A stretch of DNA of 64,000 bases from positions 32,001 through 96,000 of the forward strand of contig CAVWIH010000034.1 in assembly GCA_963755025.1 (NCBI GenBank), in the 5' to 3' direction. The notes below the pieces were generated by a model that was not told the DNA's origin, made no database searches, and was given only the letters and a program-made list of their open reading frames with translations. Positions 1-13,600 of the stretch are shown here, in pieces; the stretch's first letter is position 1, and every line of letters starts with the position of its first letter. A program made the translations under genes and the position numbers. This stretch comes from an uncultured Actinomycetes bacterium (lineage in GTDB: Bacteria; Actinomycetota; Thermoleophilia; UBA2241).

Positions 1-1106
1 CCTGAAGATGCGGGTCGTCGCCTACGACCCGTTCGTGCCGGCCGAGCGCTTTCACGAACTGGCGCTCGAGCGCGCCGAGGCGGTCGAGACGATCTACGCC
101 GAGGCCGACTTCATCACGGTCCACCTGCCCAAGAACGCCCAGACGCTGGGCTTCATCTCCGACGACGCCTTCGCCGCCATGAAAGACGGCGTGCGCGTGA
201 TCAACGTGGCCCGCGGCGGCATCATCGACGAAGAGGCGCTCGCCCGCGCGCTCGACTCCGGCAAGGTGGCCGCGGCGGCGATCGACGTGTGGCCGGTCGA
301 GCCGACCACCGACGACCTCCTCATCAAGTACGACCAGGTCGTCACCACGCCGCACCTCGGCGCTTCCACTAAAGAGGCCCAGCTGCGGGCCGGCACCCAG
401 GTGGCCGAGCAGGTCGCCCTGGCGCTCAAGGGCCAGTTCGCCCCCAACGCCGTCAACGTGCCGCTCGTGCTCGGCGAAGAGGCCGATGAGCTCATGCCCT
501 ACCTCCACGTCTGCGAGCTGCTGGGCAAGCTCATCGTGCAGATCGCCGACGGCCCGGTCGACGCCTTCGAGATCACCTACGAAGGGCGTCATCAGCCGCT
601 ACGACACGCGCATCCTCACGCTCAGCGTGCTCTCGGGCCTGCTGGCCAACGTGGTCGAGGGCGAGGTCAACTTCGTCAACGTCACCTCGATCGCCGAAGA
701 GCGCGGCATCGTCGTCAAAGAGAACCACCAGCCGGCGGTGATCGACTTTCTCAACCTGATCACCGTGACCACGCGCGACCGCCAGGGCGAGCTCTCCGTG
801 TCGGGCACCACGCTCGGGCCCAAGCACAAGCCGCGCCTCGTCCAGGTCTACCGGCAGGACGTCGACATCGAGCCGGCCGAGCACATGGCCTTCCTGCGCT
901 ACGAAGACGTGCCCGGCATGATCGGCAAGATCGGCACCAAGATGGGCCTGCTCGGCATCAATATCGCCCAGATGTCGGTGGGGCGCACGGTCGTCGAGCG
1001 CAAGGCCGTCATGGGCCTCACCCTCGACTCGCCGATCTCCGAAGAAGACCTCAAGAGCCTGATCGCCGACGCCGGCCTGCACGGCGGCAAGCGCGTCGAG
1101 CTCTAG
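1..1106 (+). CDS. serA: D-3-phosphoglycerate dehydrogenase, 5'-truncated by window edge, one frameshift near 585
   Basis: ADFITVHLP, INVARGGIIDE and TPHLGAST motifs in ORF 8..; ASB/ACT C-terminus (DVPGMIGKIG..LGINIAQM) continues in ORF 486..1106. Confidence 0.93.
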
Positions 1107-1118
1107 CACACACGCGCG

Positions 1119-1169
1119 GGCGGCGGCGCGGCGAGGCTCACGCCTCGCCGCGCCGCCGCCTTTCGCTTT
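1119..1169 (+). terminator. Rho-independent terminator after serA
   Basis: 19-bp perfect stem ggcggcggcgcggcgaggc-tcac-gcctcgccgcgccgccgcc followed by tttcgcttt. Confidence 0.75.
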
Positions 1170-1262
1170 GCCAGGCGGCGGCGCTACCGACGGCGCCTCG
1201 TCCAGCGCCGCGCCGGCGCCCGCCGTCACGCTCGTTTGTTGCGCCCCCCGCGGCTCTCGGCA

Positions 1263-1487
1263 TAGAATCTCAAGAACTATGCGTCGCAGGGCGACAAGCG
1301 AACGACCTCAGGAGGGCCCCATTCATGTGCGGCCCCGCTGCTACGCTCTCGGCCTGCTCCTCCTCCCCCCGCGGGGGGATGCGTAACACCTGCGGCCGCC
1401 CGGCCACCTTTTTTCTCTCTCATGCAGAGCAGACATCCGGGTCTTGTGGCGCCCTCGCGCCCCTGGATCCGTGGAGGAGTGAGCGAC

Positions 1488-1490
<3 letters not shown>
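1263..1490 (+). promoter_or_regulatory. LEU-element-type attenuator of the leu operon
   Basis: Leu codons (ctcctcc) are complementary to the leuA RBS ggaggag (1473-1479); tcccccc-gc-gggggga hairpin; T-run near 1409-1414. Confidence 0.65.
1279..1386 (+). CDS. leuL: leucine leader peptide (...RCYALGLLLLPPRGDA); alternative start GTG 1327
   Basis: Short ORF with CTC GGC CTG CTC CTC CTC run just upstream of leuA; -10 TAGAAT at 1263-1268; GGAGG at 1311-1315. Confidence 0.75.
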   Translation: MRRRATSERPQEGPIHVRPRCYALGLLLLPPRGDA

Positions 1491-3083
<1,593 letters not shown>

Positions 3084-4403
3084 ATGGGACACACGATCGT
3101 AGAGAAGATACTGGCGCGCGCCGCGGGGCGCGACGCCGTGAGTCCGGGAGACATCGTCGAAGCGCGGGTCGACCTGGCCCTGGCCAACGACGTCACCGCG
3201 CCGATCGGCATCGCCGAGTTCGAGAAGGCGGGCTTCACCAAGGTCTTCGACCCGTCGAAGATCGCCCTCGTGCCCGACCACTTCACGCCCAACAAAGACA
3301 TCAAGGCGGCCGCCCAGGCCAAGCTCATCCGCGAGTTCGCCAGGCGCCAGGGCATCAAGAACTTCTGGGAGGTCGGGCGCGTCGGCATCGAGCACGTGCT
3401 GCTGCCCGAGCAGGGCCTCGTGGCGCCCGGCGACGTCATCATCGGCGCCGACTCCCACACCTGCACCTACGGCGCCCTCGCCGCCTTCTCGACGGGCGTG
3501 GGCTCGACCGACTTCGCGGCGGCCATGGCCTGGGGGCGCGTCTGGCTGCGCGTGCCCGACACCATCCGCTTCGTCTACCACGGCCGCCCCTCGCGCTACG
3601 TGGGCGGCAAAGACCTCATGCTGCACACGATCGGCCTGATCGGCGTCGACGGCGCCCTGTACCAGGCGATGGAGTTCACCGGCCCGGCGATCAAGCGCAT
3701 GAGCGTCGACGGGCGCTTCACCATGTGCAACATGGCCATCGAGGCCGGCGCCAAGTGCGGCCTCGTGGGCTACGACGAGACCACGGCCGCCTACCTGCAC
3801 GGCCGCCCCGCCGGCAGCCGCGGGCGCGACGGCGGCGTCGAACTGAACAGCGACCCCGACGCCGCCTATGCGCGCGAGATCGACATCGACGCGTCGGCCA
3901 TAGAGCCCACCGTCGCCATGCCGCACCTGCCCTCCAACACCGCACCGGCGGCCAGCCTGGCCGACGTGCGCATCGACCAGGTCGTGATCGGTTCGTGCAC
4001 CAACGGCCGCCTCGAAGACTTGCGGCAGGCGGCCGAGCTGCTGCGCGGCCGCACCGTGCACCCCGACGTGCGCCTCATCATCCTGCCGGGCACCCAGCAG
4101 GTCTGCCTGGACGCAGCCGCCGACGGCACCATGCAGGCCCTGATCGAGGCCGGCGGCGCCTTCAGCACGCCGACCTGCGGCCCCTGCCTGGGCGGCCACA
4201 TGGGCGTCCTCGCCGAAGGCGAGCGCAGCGTGTCGACCACCAACCGCAACTTCGTGGGGCGCATGGGCCACCCCGGCAGCGAGGTCTACCTGGCGAGCCC
4301 CTACGTGGCCGCCGCCTCGGCGATCGCCGGCCACATCGCCACGCCCGACATGATCGGCGCGAGCGGCGCCCGAAGCGGCTCCGACGCGGGAGGCAGGTCA
4401 TGA
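3084..4403 (+). CDS. leuC: 3-isopropylmalate dehydratase large subunit
   Basis: [33 protein letters not shown] aconitase-family motifs. Confidence 0.95.
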   Translation: MGHTIVEKILARAAGRDAVSPGDIVEARVDLALANDVTAPIGIAEFEKAGFTKVFDPSKIALVPDHFTPNKDIKAAAQAKLIREFARRQGIKNFWEVGRVGIEHVLLPEQGLVAPGDVIIGADSHTCTYGALAAFSTGVGSTDFAAAMAWGRVWLRVPDTIRFVYHGRPSRYVGGKDLMLHTIGLIGVDGALYQAMEFTGPAIKRMSVDGRFTMCNMAIEAGAKCGLVGYDETTAAYLHGRPAGSRGRDGGVELNSDPDAAYAREIDIDASAIEPTVAMPHLPSNTAPAASLADVRIDQVVIGSCTNGRLEDLRQAAELLRGRTVHPDVRLIILPGTQQVCLDAAADGTMQALIEAGGAFSTPTCGPCLGGHMGVLAEGERSVSTTNRNFVGRMGHPGSEVYLASPYVAAASAIAGHIATPDMIGASGARSGSDAGGRS

Positions 4404-4908
4404 TCTTCGAGGGCACCGTGCACGCCTACGGACGCGACGTCGACACCGACGTCATCATCCCGGCGCGCTACCTGAACTCGAGCGACCCGGCCGAGCTGGG
4501 CGCGCACTGCATGGAAGACATCGACCGCGACTTCGTGGCCCGGGTGCGGCCCGGCGACATCATCGTCGCCGGCGAGAACTTCGGCTGCGGCAGCTCGCGC
4601 GAGCACGCCCCCGTCGCCATCCAGCGCGGCCGGCGTGTCGTGCGTCGTGGCGGCCTCGTTTGCCCGCATCTTCTACCGCAACGCCATCAACACCGGCCTG
4701 CCCATCGTCGATCTGCCCGGCCGCCGCGGCCGAGGCGCGCACCGGCGACAAGCTGCGCGTCGACGTCGTCGCCGGTGTGGTCGCCAACCTCACGCAGGGC
4801 ACGAGCCACCAGGCCGACGCCTTCCCCGAGTTCATGCAGGAGCTGATCGCCCAGGGCGGCCTGCTGCCTTACGTCAAGGCGCGCCTGGCCGCCGAGGGCA
4901 CGGCGTGA
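4400..4908 (+). CDS. leuD: 3-isopropylmalate dehydratase small subunit (frameshifts near 4625 and 4715)
   Basis: [38 protein letters not shown] spread over three frames. Confidence 0.9.
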
Positions 4909-5972
4909 GCGCCGCTTACCGCGTCATGGTCCTGGCCGGCGACGGCGTGGGCCCCGAGATCGTGGCCGCCGCGCAGCGCGTGCTGGCGGCCGCCGGCGAG
5001 CGCTTCGACTTCAGCCTGAGCTACGAGCAGGGGCTGATCGGCGGCATCGCCATCGACGAGACGCGGCCTGCCCATGGAGGCCGGCCTGGCCGACCGCTGC
5101 CGCGGCTGCGACGCCGTGCTGCTGGGCGCCGTCGGCGGTCCCAAGTGGGACACCACCGACCCCGCCAAGCCGCGCCCCGAGCAGGGCCTGCTCGGCATGC
5201 GCAAAGAGCTCGAGCTGTTCGCCAACCTGCGCCCGGTCAAGAGCTTCGCCGCCCTGGCCGGCAACAGCACGATCCGCCCCGAGGTCATCGCCGGGGTCGA
5301 CATCGTCGTGGTGCGCGAGCTCACCGGCGGCGTCTACTTCGGCAAGAGCGAGCGCGTGGGCGACACCGCCTACGACACCATGCTCTACACCGCGGCCGAG
5401 TGCGACCGGCTGCTCGACTACGCCTGCGGCCTGGCCGCCAAGCGCCGCGGCCTGCTGCACTCCGTCGACAAGGCCAACGTGCTCGAGAGCTCGCGGCTGT
5501 GGCGCGCGGCGGCGCAGCGCGCCGCCGCCGACTGGCCCGGCGTCGAGCTGCGCCACATGCTGGTCGACAACTGCGCCATGCAGCTCATCCGCGAGCCCCG
5601 CCAGTTCGACGTGATCGCCACCGAGAACCTGTTCGGCGACATCCTCTCCGACGAGGCCGCCATGCTCACCGGCAGCATCGGCATGCTGCCCAGCGCCAGC
5701 GTGGGGGCCGAGGGCGTGTCGCTCTACGAACCCATCCACGGCTCGGCGCCCGACATCGCCGGTCGCGGAGTGGTGAACCCGTGCGCTACCATTCTCTCAA
5801 CGGCCATGATGCTCGACGCTGAGCCTTGACCAGACCGACCGCGGCGCGCGCCATCGAGGCGGCCGTCGAGGCCGCCCTCGCGGGCGGCGCCCGTACCGCC
5901 GACATCGCCGCCGCCGGCGAGCACGTGCTGACCACCGACGAAATGACCGACCGCGTGATCGCGGCGCTCTAG
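4905..5972 (+). CDS. leuB: 3-isopropylmalate dehydrogenase (frameshifts near 5065 and 5820)
   Basis: [50 protein letters not shown]. Confidence 0.92.
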
Positions 5973-5983
5973 AGGAGGATCGC

Positions 5984-6918
5984 ATGCCCATCCCCGAAGT
6001 CGACAAGATCTGGATGAACGGCGAGCTCGTGGACTGGCAGAACGCCCAGGTGCACGTGCTCACCCACGGCTTGCACTACGGCTCCGGGGTCTTCGAGGGC
6101 ATCCGCGCCTACAAGACCGACCGCGGCCCGGCCGTCTTTCGCCTGACCGCCCACCTCGCGCGCCTGCGGCGCTCCGCCAAGCTCTACTACATGGACGTGC
6201 CCTACACCGACGAGGCGCTCGCCCAGGCGACCAAGGAGCTCATCCACGCCAACGGCCTCGAGCACTGCTACATCAGGCCGATCGTCTACCGCGGCTACGG
6301 CGAGATGGGCCTGTTCCCGCTCGACGCCACGATCGACTGCTCGATCGCCGCGTGGGCCTGGGGCAGCTACCTGGGCGACGAGGGCATCAAGCACGGCGTG
6401 CGCGTGAAGGTCTCGTCGATCAAGAGCCTCGACAGCAACGCCATGACCCCGGCGGCCAAGAGCTGCGGCCAGTACCTGAACAGCCAGCTCGCCAAGATCG
6501 AGGTCGTCAAGGCCGGCTACGAAGAGGCCATCATGCTGAACAACGCCGGCTTCGTCACCCAGGGCACCGGCGAGAACATCTTCATGGTGCGCAACGATCG
6601 CATCTTCACGCCGCCGGTCTCCAGCGGGCTGCTCGAAGGCATCACGCGCGACACCGTCATAGCCATCGCGCCTCGCTCGGCTACCTGGTCGATAGAGCAC
6701 GACTTCACGCGCTCCGACATGGTCGTCGCCGACGAGGCCTTCTTCACCGGCACCGCCGCCGAGATCGTGCCCATCCGCGAGCTCGACGACCACCCGATCG
6801 GCGAGCCCGGCCCGCATCACCCGCGAGATGCAGCGCATCTTCCACGAGATCACCTCGGGCAAGCAGCACCGAGTTCGGCGACTACCTCGAGTACGTCGAC
6901 GAGGCCGTCACGGTCTGA
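5984..6918 (+). CDS. ilvE: branched-chain amino acid aminotransferase (frameshifts in 3' third)
   Basis: LHYGSGVFEGIRAY, AKSCGQYLNS, GENIF, LLEGITR, FFTGTAAE. Confidence 0.92.
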
Positions 6919-7033
6919 CGCCGGGCCGGGCCGGGGCTTCGCGCCCCGGCCCGCACCGACCGTCGCCTCGCCCCGGCCCGCAACCACCCGCCGCGCTGTG
7001 CGGTGGCCACGACGATCGAAAGGGACCCGCGCC

Positions 7034-8718
7034 ATGACCGCCGCCGGCGTCACGATCTACGACACCACCCTGCGCGACGGCATGCAGCAGGAGGGGCTGT
7101 CGGTCTCGGTCGACGAAAAGGTGCGCATAGCGCTCAAGCTCGACGAGCTCGGCGTGCACTTCATCGAGGGCGGGTTCCCGGCCTCCAACCCCAAAGAGAC
7201 GGCCTTCTTCGCCCGCATGGAGCGCGAGACGCTGCGCCACGCGGTGCTCGCCGCCTTCGGCATGACGCGCCGCAAGGGCGTGGCCGCCGCCGCCGACCCC
7301 AGCCTGCGCGTGCTGGCCGACGCCTCCACGCCGGTGGTCACCATCGTGGGCAAGACCTGGGGACTGCACCTGCGCGCCGTGCTGCACGTGAGCCCCGACG
7401 AGAACCTGCGCATGATCGCCGACTCGGTCGCCTTTCTCGTGGCCCAGGGCAAGCGCGTGCTCTACGACGCCGAGCACTTCTTCGACGCCTGGGCCGACGA
7501 CCCCGCACTACGCCCTGCAGACGCTGCGCGCGGCGCGCGAGCTCGGGCGCCGAGCTGCTCTGCCTGTGCGACACCAACGGCGCCACGCTGCCGCCCACCA
7601 TCGGGGCGCGTCGTCGCCGAGGTCGCGGCCGACGTGGGCGTGCCGCTCGGCGTGCACTGCCACAACGACGCCGACTGCGCCGTGGCCAACTCGCTCGTCG
7701 CGGTGAGCGCCGGCGCCGTGCAGGTGCAGGGCACCGTGAACGGCTACGGCGAGCGCTGCGGCAACGCCAACCTCACCTCGATCATCCCCGCGCTCAAGCT
7801 CAAGATGGGCCTGCCGGTGGTGACCGACGAGCAGCTCGAGCTCCTCGCCGAGACGGCCCACTTCGTGGCCGAGGTCGTCAACGTCACGCCCTGGGCCCAC
7901 CAGCCCTACGTGGGGCGCAGCGCCTTCACCCACAAGGGCGGGCTGCACGTGGCCGCGGTCGAGGCCGCGCCCGAGACCTTCGAGCACATCGACCCGGCGC
8001 TGGTCGGCAACGAGCAGCGCGTGCTCATCTCGGAGCTCTCGGGCAAGGGCGCCGTGCTGCGCAAGGCGCACGAGCTCGGCTTACGAGCTCGACGGCGACG
8101 ACGAGCGCGTGGGGCGCATTCTGCGGCGCCTCAAGCAAAAGGAGCACGAGGGCTTTCACTACGAGGCCGCCGACGCCTCGTTCGACCTCTTCCTGCACGA
8201 CCAGCTCGAGGGCCGTCAGCCGCTCTTTCGCCTCGAGAGCTTTCGCGTGATCGTCGAAAAGCGCGAGGACGGCCGCGTCGTCACCGAGGCCACGGTCAAG
8301 GTGCACGTGGGCGGCGAGCGCATCATCGCCACCGGCGAGGGCAACGGCCCGGTGAACGCCTTGGACACGGCGCTGCGCCAGGCGATCGTGCGCAAGTACC
8401 CGCACCTCGGCGACATCGACCTGGTGAACTACAAGGTCCGCATTCTCGACGAGAACAAGGGCACCGGCGCGGTCACGCGCGTCCTGCTCGACGCCAGCGA
8501 CGGCGCGCGGCACCTGGGGCGCCATCGGCGTCTCCGAGAACATCATCGAGGCGAGCTGGCAGGCGCTGGTCGACGCCATCGAGTACGGCATGCTGCGCGG
8601 CGGCGCGCCGGCGGCGGCCGGCGCAGATGCGCCGGGCGACGAGCCCGACGCCACGGCTGCGGGCGGCAAACCGGCGGGCCATACCGCGAGCGCCGCGCCG
8701 GCGGCCGACGAGGCGTGA
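7034..8718 (+). CDS. cimA: citramalate synthase (several frameshifts)
   Basis: [71 protein letters not shown]. Confidence 0.88.
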
Positions 8719-9502
8719 GCGCCGCCGCCGCACGAACGGCTGCCGTCCGGCCGCGCGCTGGTCGACGGAGCGCCGCGCTTCTGCCTGCTCGACGGCGACA
8801 CGCTGCGCCTGCTCGACCGGCCCGCCTACGAGCCCGAGCGCCCGCGAGGTCGGCCGCGCCGCGGCTGCCGAGGCCCAGGTCCTGGCGCCGGTGCTGCCCA
8901 CGAAGATCGTGGCCGTCGGGCTCAACTACCGCGCCCACGCCGCCGAGCTCGCCATGGCGACCCACGCCGAGCCCATCCTCTTTCTCAAGCCGCCGAGCGC
9001 GCTCGTGGGCCCGCACGACGCCATCGAGCTGCCGGCGGCCTCAGCCCAGGTCGACTACGAGGCCGAGCTTGCGCTGGTGGTGGGGCGGCGCTGCCGGGCC
9101 GCAGGCCCGGCCGACGCCGCCTCCTTTGTGGCCGGCTACACCTGCGCCAACGACGTCACGGCGCGCGACCTGCAGAAGGTCGACGGCCAGTGGACGCGCG
9201 GCAAGAGCTTCGACACCTTCTGCCCCCTGGGTCCCTGGGTGGTGCGCGACGCGCCGCCGCCCGGCGCCGCCGTCACGGCGGCGCTCGACGGCGTGGTGGT
9301 GCAGCAGGGGAGGGTGGGCGACATGATCGTCTCGGCGCTCGACCTGCTCGTCTTCGTCTCGGCGATCATGACGCTCGAGCCCGGCGACATCATCCTTACC
9401 GGTACGCCGCCCGGCGTCGGGCCGCTCCGCGCCGGCCAGGTCGTGACCGTCGCAGTCGAGGGCGTGGGCAGGCTGTCGAACCCGGTGGTCGCCCCAGCCT
9501 GA
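8715..9502 (+). CDS. fumarylacetoacetate hydrolase family protein (5' frameshifts)
   Basis: [46 protein letters not shown]. Confidence 0.88.
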
Positions 9503-9541
9503 GCTCGCGGGTCGCTCGAGCCATTGTGCGGCCTGCCTCGG

Positions 9542-10069
9542 CTACGCGAGGCGCGCGAGTATCTCCCGCTGGCACGCCGCGTCGGCGTCCCTCTGCGTGA
9601 CGACGAGGTTCACCTGCATGTTCGTCTCGGCCAGCGCTAGCAGCTCGTCGTCGATGGTGTAGTCCTTCTCGAGCCGAAGCCAGTGCAGCACCTTCGCCAG
9701 ATGCCAGATCGTGGGCCTGCCTTCGTGGATCGGCTTCGGGGCCGGGGCGTCTCGGCCAAAGATCAGCTTGCGCACGTTTTGCCGGGACACACTCAGCAGG
9801 TCCGCGACGTCGGTCAGGCCCACGAAATCGGGAGAAGCCTCGATGAGCTCGGCGTCGGGGAGCGCGCAACGGACATCGGTGATGCCGCTCAGGACAGCCT
9901 CTTCGGCCGAGTCGGCCTCGCGCAGGAAGCTGACGGCAAATCGCCCCTTTTGACCGACGCCGGCGATCGCATCGTCGCAGCCGCAAGCGGCGAGCAGCTC
10001 GAGCGAGTCGTCGACGTCGACACTCTCTGGGTTGAGCGCGAACTTGAGGGTGAACTCGAACTCCTTCAC
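9542..10069 (-). CDS. putative antitoxin / DNA-binding protein (HicB-like N-terminus plus HTH)
   Basis: MKEFEFTLKF...F.READS.EEAV..., PDFVGLTDVADLLSVSRQNVRKL HTH; lies directly downstream of a HicA-like gene. Confidence 0.7.
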   Translation of the reverse strand: MKEFEFTLKFALNPESVDVDDSLELLAACGCDDAIAGVGQKGRFAVSFLREADSAEEAVLSGITDVRCALPDAELIEASPDFVGLTDVADLLSVSRQNVRKLIFGRDAPAPKPIHEGRPTIWHLAKVLHWLRLEKDYTIDDELLALAETNMQVNLVVTQRDADAACQREILARLA

Positions 10070-10072
10070 GGC

Positions 10073-10338
10073 CTACTCCTTGTCATCAGAAGCTGCTCTC
10101 GCACTGCAGCCGTCGACGACTCGCCTGATCTGTCGGGCGTGATTCTCGGGATTCCTCGGCGTGCCCCAAATGGACGTGATGCAGAATTCTCCACAGCGGC
10201 AGTCCGGGTCGTTGTGCGGGCAGAACATCTTGCCCCAGCATGAGCTCGCGGTCTGCCGGGCTCCACGAGCCAGCCGTGCTCCTCCGCGTACCTGAGCGCC
10301 TCTTCGATGGGGCCACTGGGGTGCCGCCTTCGCGTCAT
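10073..10338 (-). CDS. putative HicA-like toxin, one frameshift near 10238
   Basis: Adding one base restores MTRRRHPSGPIEEALRYAEEHGWLVEPGRPRAHAWGKMFCPHNDPDCRCGEFCITSIWGTPRNPENHARQIRRVVDGC...; RBS gaggag. Confidence 0.65.
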
Positions 10339-10356
10339 TCGCTCCTCTCGCGGGTC

Positions 10357-10394
10357 AGTATCGGCACGAGAGGGGCGGTTGTCAAGTGACAACC
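10357..10394 (-). promoter_or_regulatory. sigma70 promoter and operator of the TA pair
   Basis: Minus strand TTGACA-17 nt-GATACT; inverted repeat ggttgtca-ag-tgacaacc (10377-10394) overlaps the -35. Confidence 0.7.
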
Positions 10395-10620
10395 TCCTCG
10401 TTCCCGGTCTGTCGGTGCGCATAACGTGACCCTTGCCGGACCGGAGGGTCGAGCGGTGGCCGCTTCCGCAAGTGCGCGACGCGGTTGGGTATGCGGCGAG
10501 AACAGCAGCGCGGACACGGTGATGATGGCCACCACCACCAAGCCTGATGCTCCGACGAGATCCGGCACCCGATCCGCCATAGACCCACGCCGTCACCGGC
10601 GGGTAGAATCAACGTCCCAG

Positions 10621-13600
10621 ATGGATTCAGGATTCGTCCACCTCCACGTTCACAGCGAGTACTCGCTCCTCGATGGCGCCTGCCGCCTGCGGCCGCTCGT
10701 CGAACGGGTGAAGGAGCTCGGCATGCCCGCGGTAGCGCTTACCGACCACGGGTCGCTGTCGGGCGCGGTGCAGTTCTACCGCGCCGCCAAAGAGGCGGGC
10801 GTCAAGCCCATCCTCGGCCTCGAGCTCTACGTGGTCTCCGACCGCCACGGCCGCGCTTCGGCCAAAGAGCGCTACTCCCACCTCACCATGCTGGCGCGCA
10901 CCAACCAGGGCTACGCCAACCTCATCAAGATCGGTACCGCCGCCTACCTCGAGGGCTACTACTACAAGCCGCGCGCCGACTGGGAGCTGCTCGAGCGCTA
11001 CAACGAGGGCCTGATCTGCCTGACCGGCTGCATGAGCGGGCGCGCCTCGATCATGCTGCGCGAGGGCAACGACGCCGCGGCGCTGGCCGAGCTCGAACGC
11101 CTGATCGGTCTCTTCGGCCGCGACAACGTCTACGTCGAACTGCAAGACGAGGGCATCGCCGAGCAGCGCGAGCTCGTCTCGAAGCTCGCCCTGCTGGCCC
11201 GCCAGGCCGGCTTAAAGACGGTGGCCACCAACGACGTGCACTACCTGCGCCACGAAGACGCCCGCGCCCAGGACGCCCTGGTCTGCATCCAGACGCAGTG
11301 CCAGTTAGACGAGCCCAAGGCCGCGCCGCGCATGAGCACCGAGGAGTTCTATCTCAAAGATGCCGACGAGATGCGCACGCTGTTCGCCGACTACCCCGAG
11401 GCCTGCGACACCACCCTCGAGATCGCCGAGCGCTGCAACGTCGAGCTCGAGTTCGGGCGCACCCTGCTGCCGCGCTACCCGGTGCCCGACGAGCGCAGCG
11501 AAGACGAGTACCTGCGCGACCTCTGCACCGAGGGCATCAGGCGCCGCTACGGCGCCGAGCCCCGCGCCGAGGTGCCCGAGCGCCTCGCCTTCGAGCTCGA
11601 CACCATCCGCGACATGGGTTTCAGCGCCTACTTTCTGATCGTCTGGGACTTCGTCAAGTTCGCCAAAGACTCGGGCATAGCGGTGGGGCCGGGGCGCGGC
11701 TCTGCGGCGGGCAGCATCGTGGCCTACTCGCTGGGCATCACCGACATCGACCCGCTCAAGTACGACCTGCTCTTCGAGCGCTTCCTCAACCCGGGCCGCA
11801 AGTCCATGCCCGACATCGACATGGACTTCTCGGTGGAGCGCCGCGACGAGGTCATCGAGTACGTCGCGCAAAAGTACGGGCGCGACCACGTCGCCCAGAT
11901 CATCACCTTCGGCACCATGGCGGCGCGCGCCGCCACGCGCGACGCCGCCCGCGTGCTGGGGCTGCCCTACGCGATCGGCGACCGCATCGCCAAGATGATC
12001 CCCGAGCAGGCGCCGCCGGCCACCTTCAAGCAGGCCATGGCCAACGGCAGCGAGCTCAAGGTCGCCTACGACAAAGACGAGCCCACCCGCCAGGTGGTCG
12101 ACCTCGCCATGGCGCTCGAGGGCCTCATCCGCAACGACTCCATCCACGCCGCCGGCGTCGTCATCTCCGACCTGCCGCTCACCGAGTACATCCCGCTGCA
12201 GCAAAAGGGCGAGGCCGAGGTGGTCACCCAGTTCGGCATGGACGACGTGGCGGCGCTCGGCCTGCTCAAGATGGACTTCCTGGGCCTGCGCAACCTCGAC
12301 ATCATCGAGGCCGCCCTCAAGCTGATCGAGAAGAGCCAGGGCGTCTGCGTCGACATGACGACCCTGCCGCTCGACGACGCCAAGACCTACGAGATGCTGG
12401 CCCGCGGCGACTCGACCGGCACGTTCCAGTTCGAGAGCAGCGGCATGAAAGAGGCCTTGCGCGAGATCGGTCCCACCGCGTTCGACGACCTCGTGGCCAT
12501 CGTCGCCCTCTACCGGCCGGGGCCCATGCAGTACATCTCGACCTACGCCCGCAACAAGAAGGACCCGGCCTCGGTGGTCTACGACCACGAGGCGCTGCGC
12601 CCCATCCTCGAGCCCACTCACGGGGTGACGATCTACCAGGAGCAGTACATGGCCATCGCCCGCCGGGTGGGCGGCTGCACGCCGGCCCAGGCCGACGACC
12701 TGCGCAAGGCCATCTCCAAGAAGAACAAGAAGCTCATGGCGAGCCTCAAAGACCCGCTCATGGAGGGCCTGCGCGCGAGCGGCCTGCCGCAGAACGTGTG
12801 CAACAAGCTGTGGAGCAACTTCGAGGCCACCGGCGACTACTCGTTCAACAAAAGCCACGCCGCCTGCTACGCGCTGATCAGCTACCGCACCGCGTTCCTC
12901 AAGGCCAACTACCCGGTCGAGTACATGGCGGCGGTCGTGTCGAGCGTCATGAACACCAAAGACAAGGTGCCCTTCTACGTGAACCAGTGTCACGAGATGG
13001 GCATCGACGTGCTGCCCCCCGACGTCAACGAGAGCGAAGTCGGCTTTACCGTGTCCGAGGGCAAGATCCGCTTCGGCCTGAACGCGGTCAAGGGCGTCGG
13101 GGTAGGCGCCATCGAGTCGATCGTCGCGGCGCGCGCCGACGGGCGCTTCAGCTCGATCTACGACTTCTGCGCGCGCGTCGACTCGTCGCTCGTCAACCGC
13201 CGCACGCTCGAGGCGCTCATCAAGAGCGGCGCCTTCGACTCGACCGGCGACACGCGCCGCGGCATGCTCGAAGCCCTGCCCGCCGCGTCGGCGTCGGGCG
13301 AGCGCCGGCGCCGCGACCGCGCCCAGGGCCAGGGTGGCCTGTTCGACGTGCTGGCCGCCGACACGAGCAACGAGATGGCCCACCACCCGGCGATCGGCGG
13401 CGAGGAGTTCGACTCCGACATCCTGCTGCGCTTCGAAAAAGAGGCGCTCGGCCTGTACCTGTCGTCGCACCCGCTCGAGGGCCTGCGCGCCCAGCTGCGC
13501 GACCAGATCGACGCCACCGTGAGCCAACTCGGCGACCTGCGCGACGGCCAGACCCTGTGGACCGGCGGTGTCATCTCGGGCCTCGCGCGCCGCCAGACGC

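Noticed and set aside
5984-9502. 1172-aa IlvE-CimA-FAH fusion ORF
   Set aside because: Artefact of frameshifts in stop-poor GC-rich DNA; each gene has its own start and stop.
10335-10580. 81-aa minus-strand ORF with one hydrophobic helix upstream of the toxin
   Set aside because: No RBS, runs through the TA promoter, no recognisable family; at most a gene remnant.
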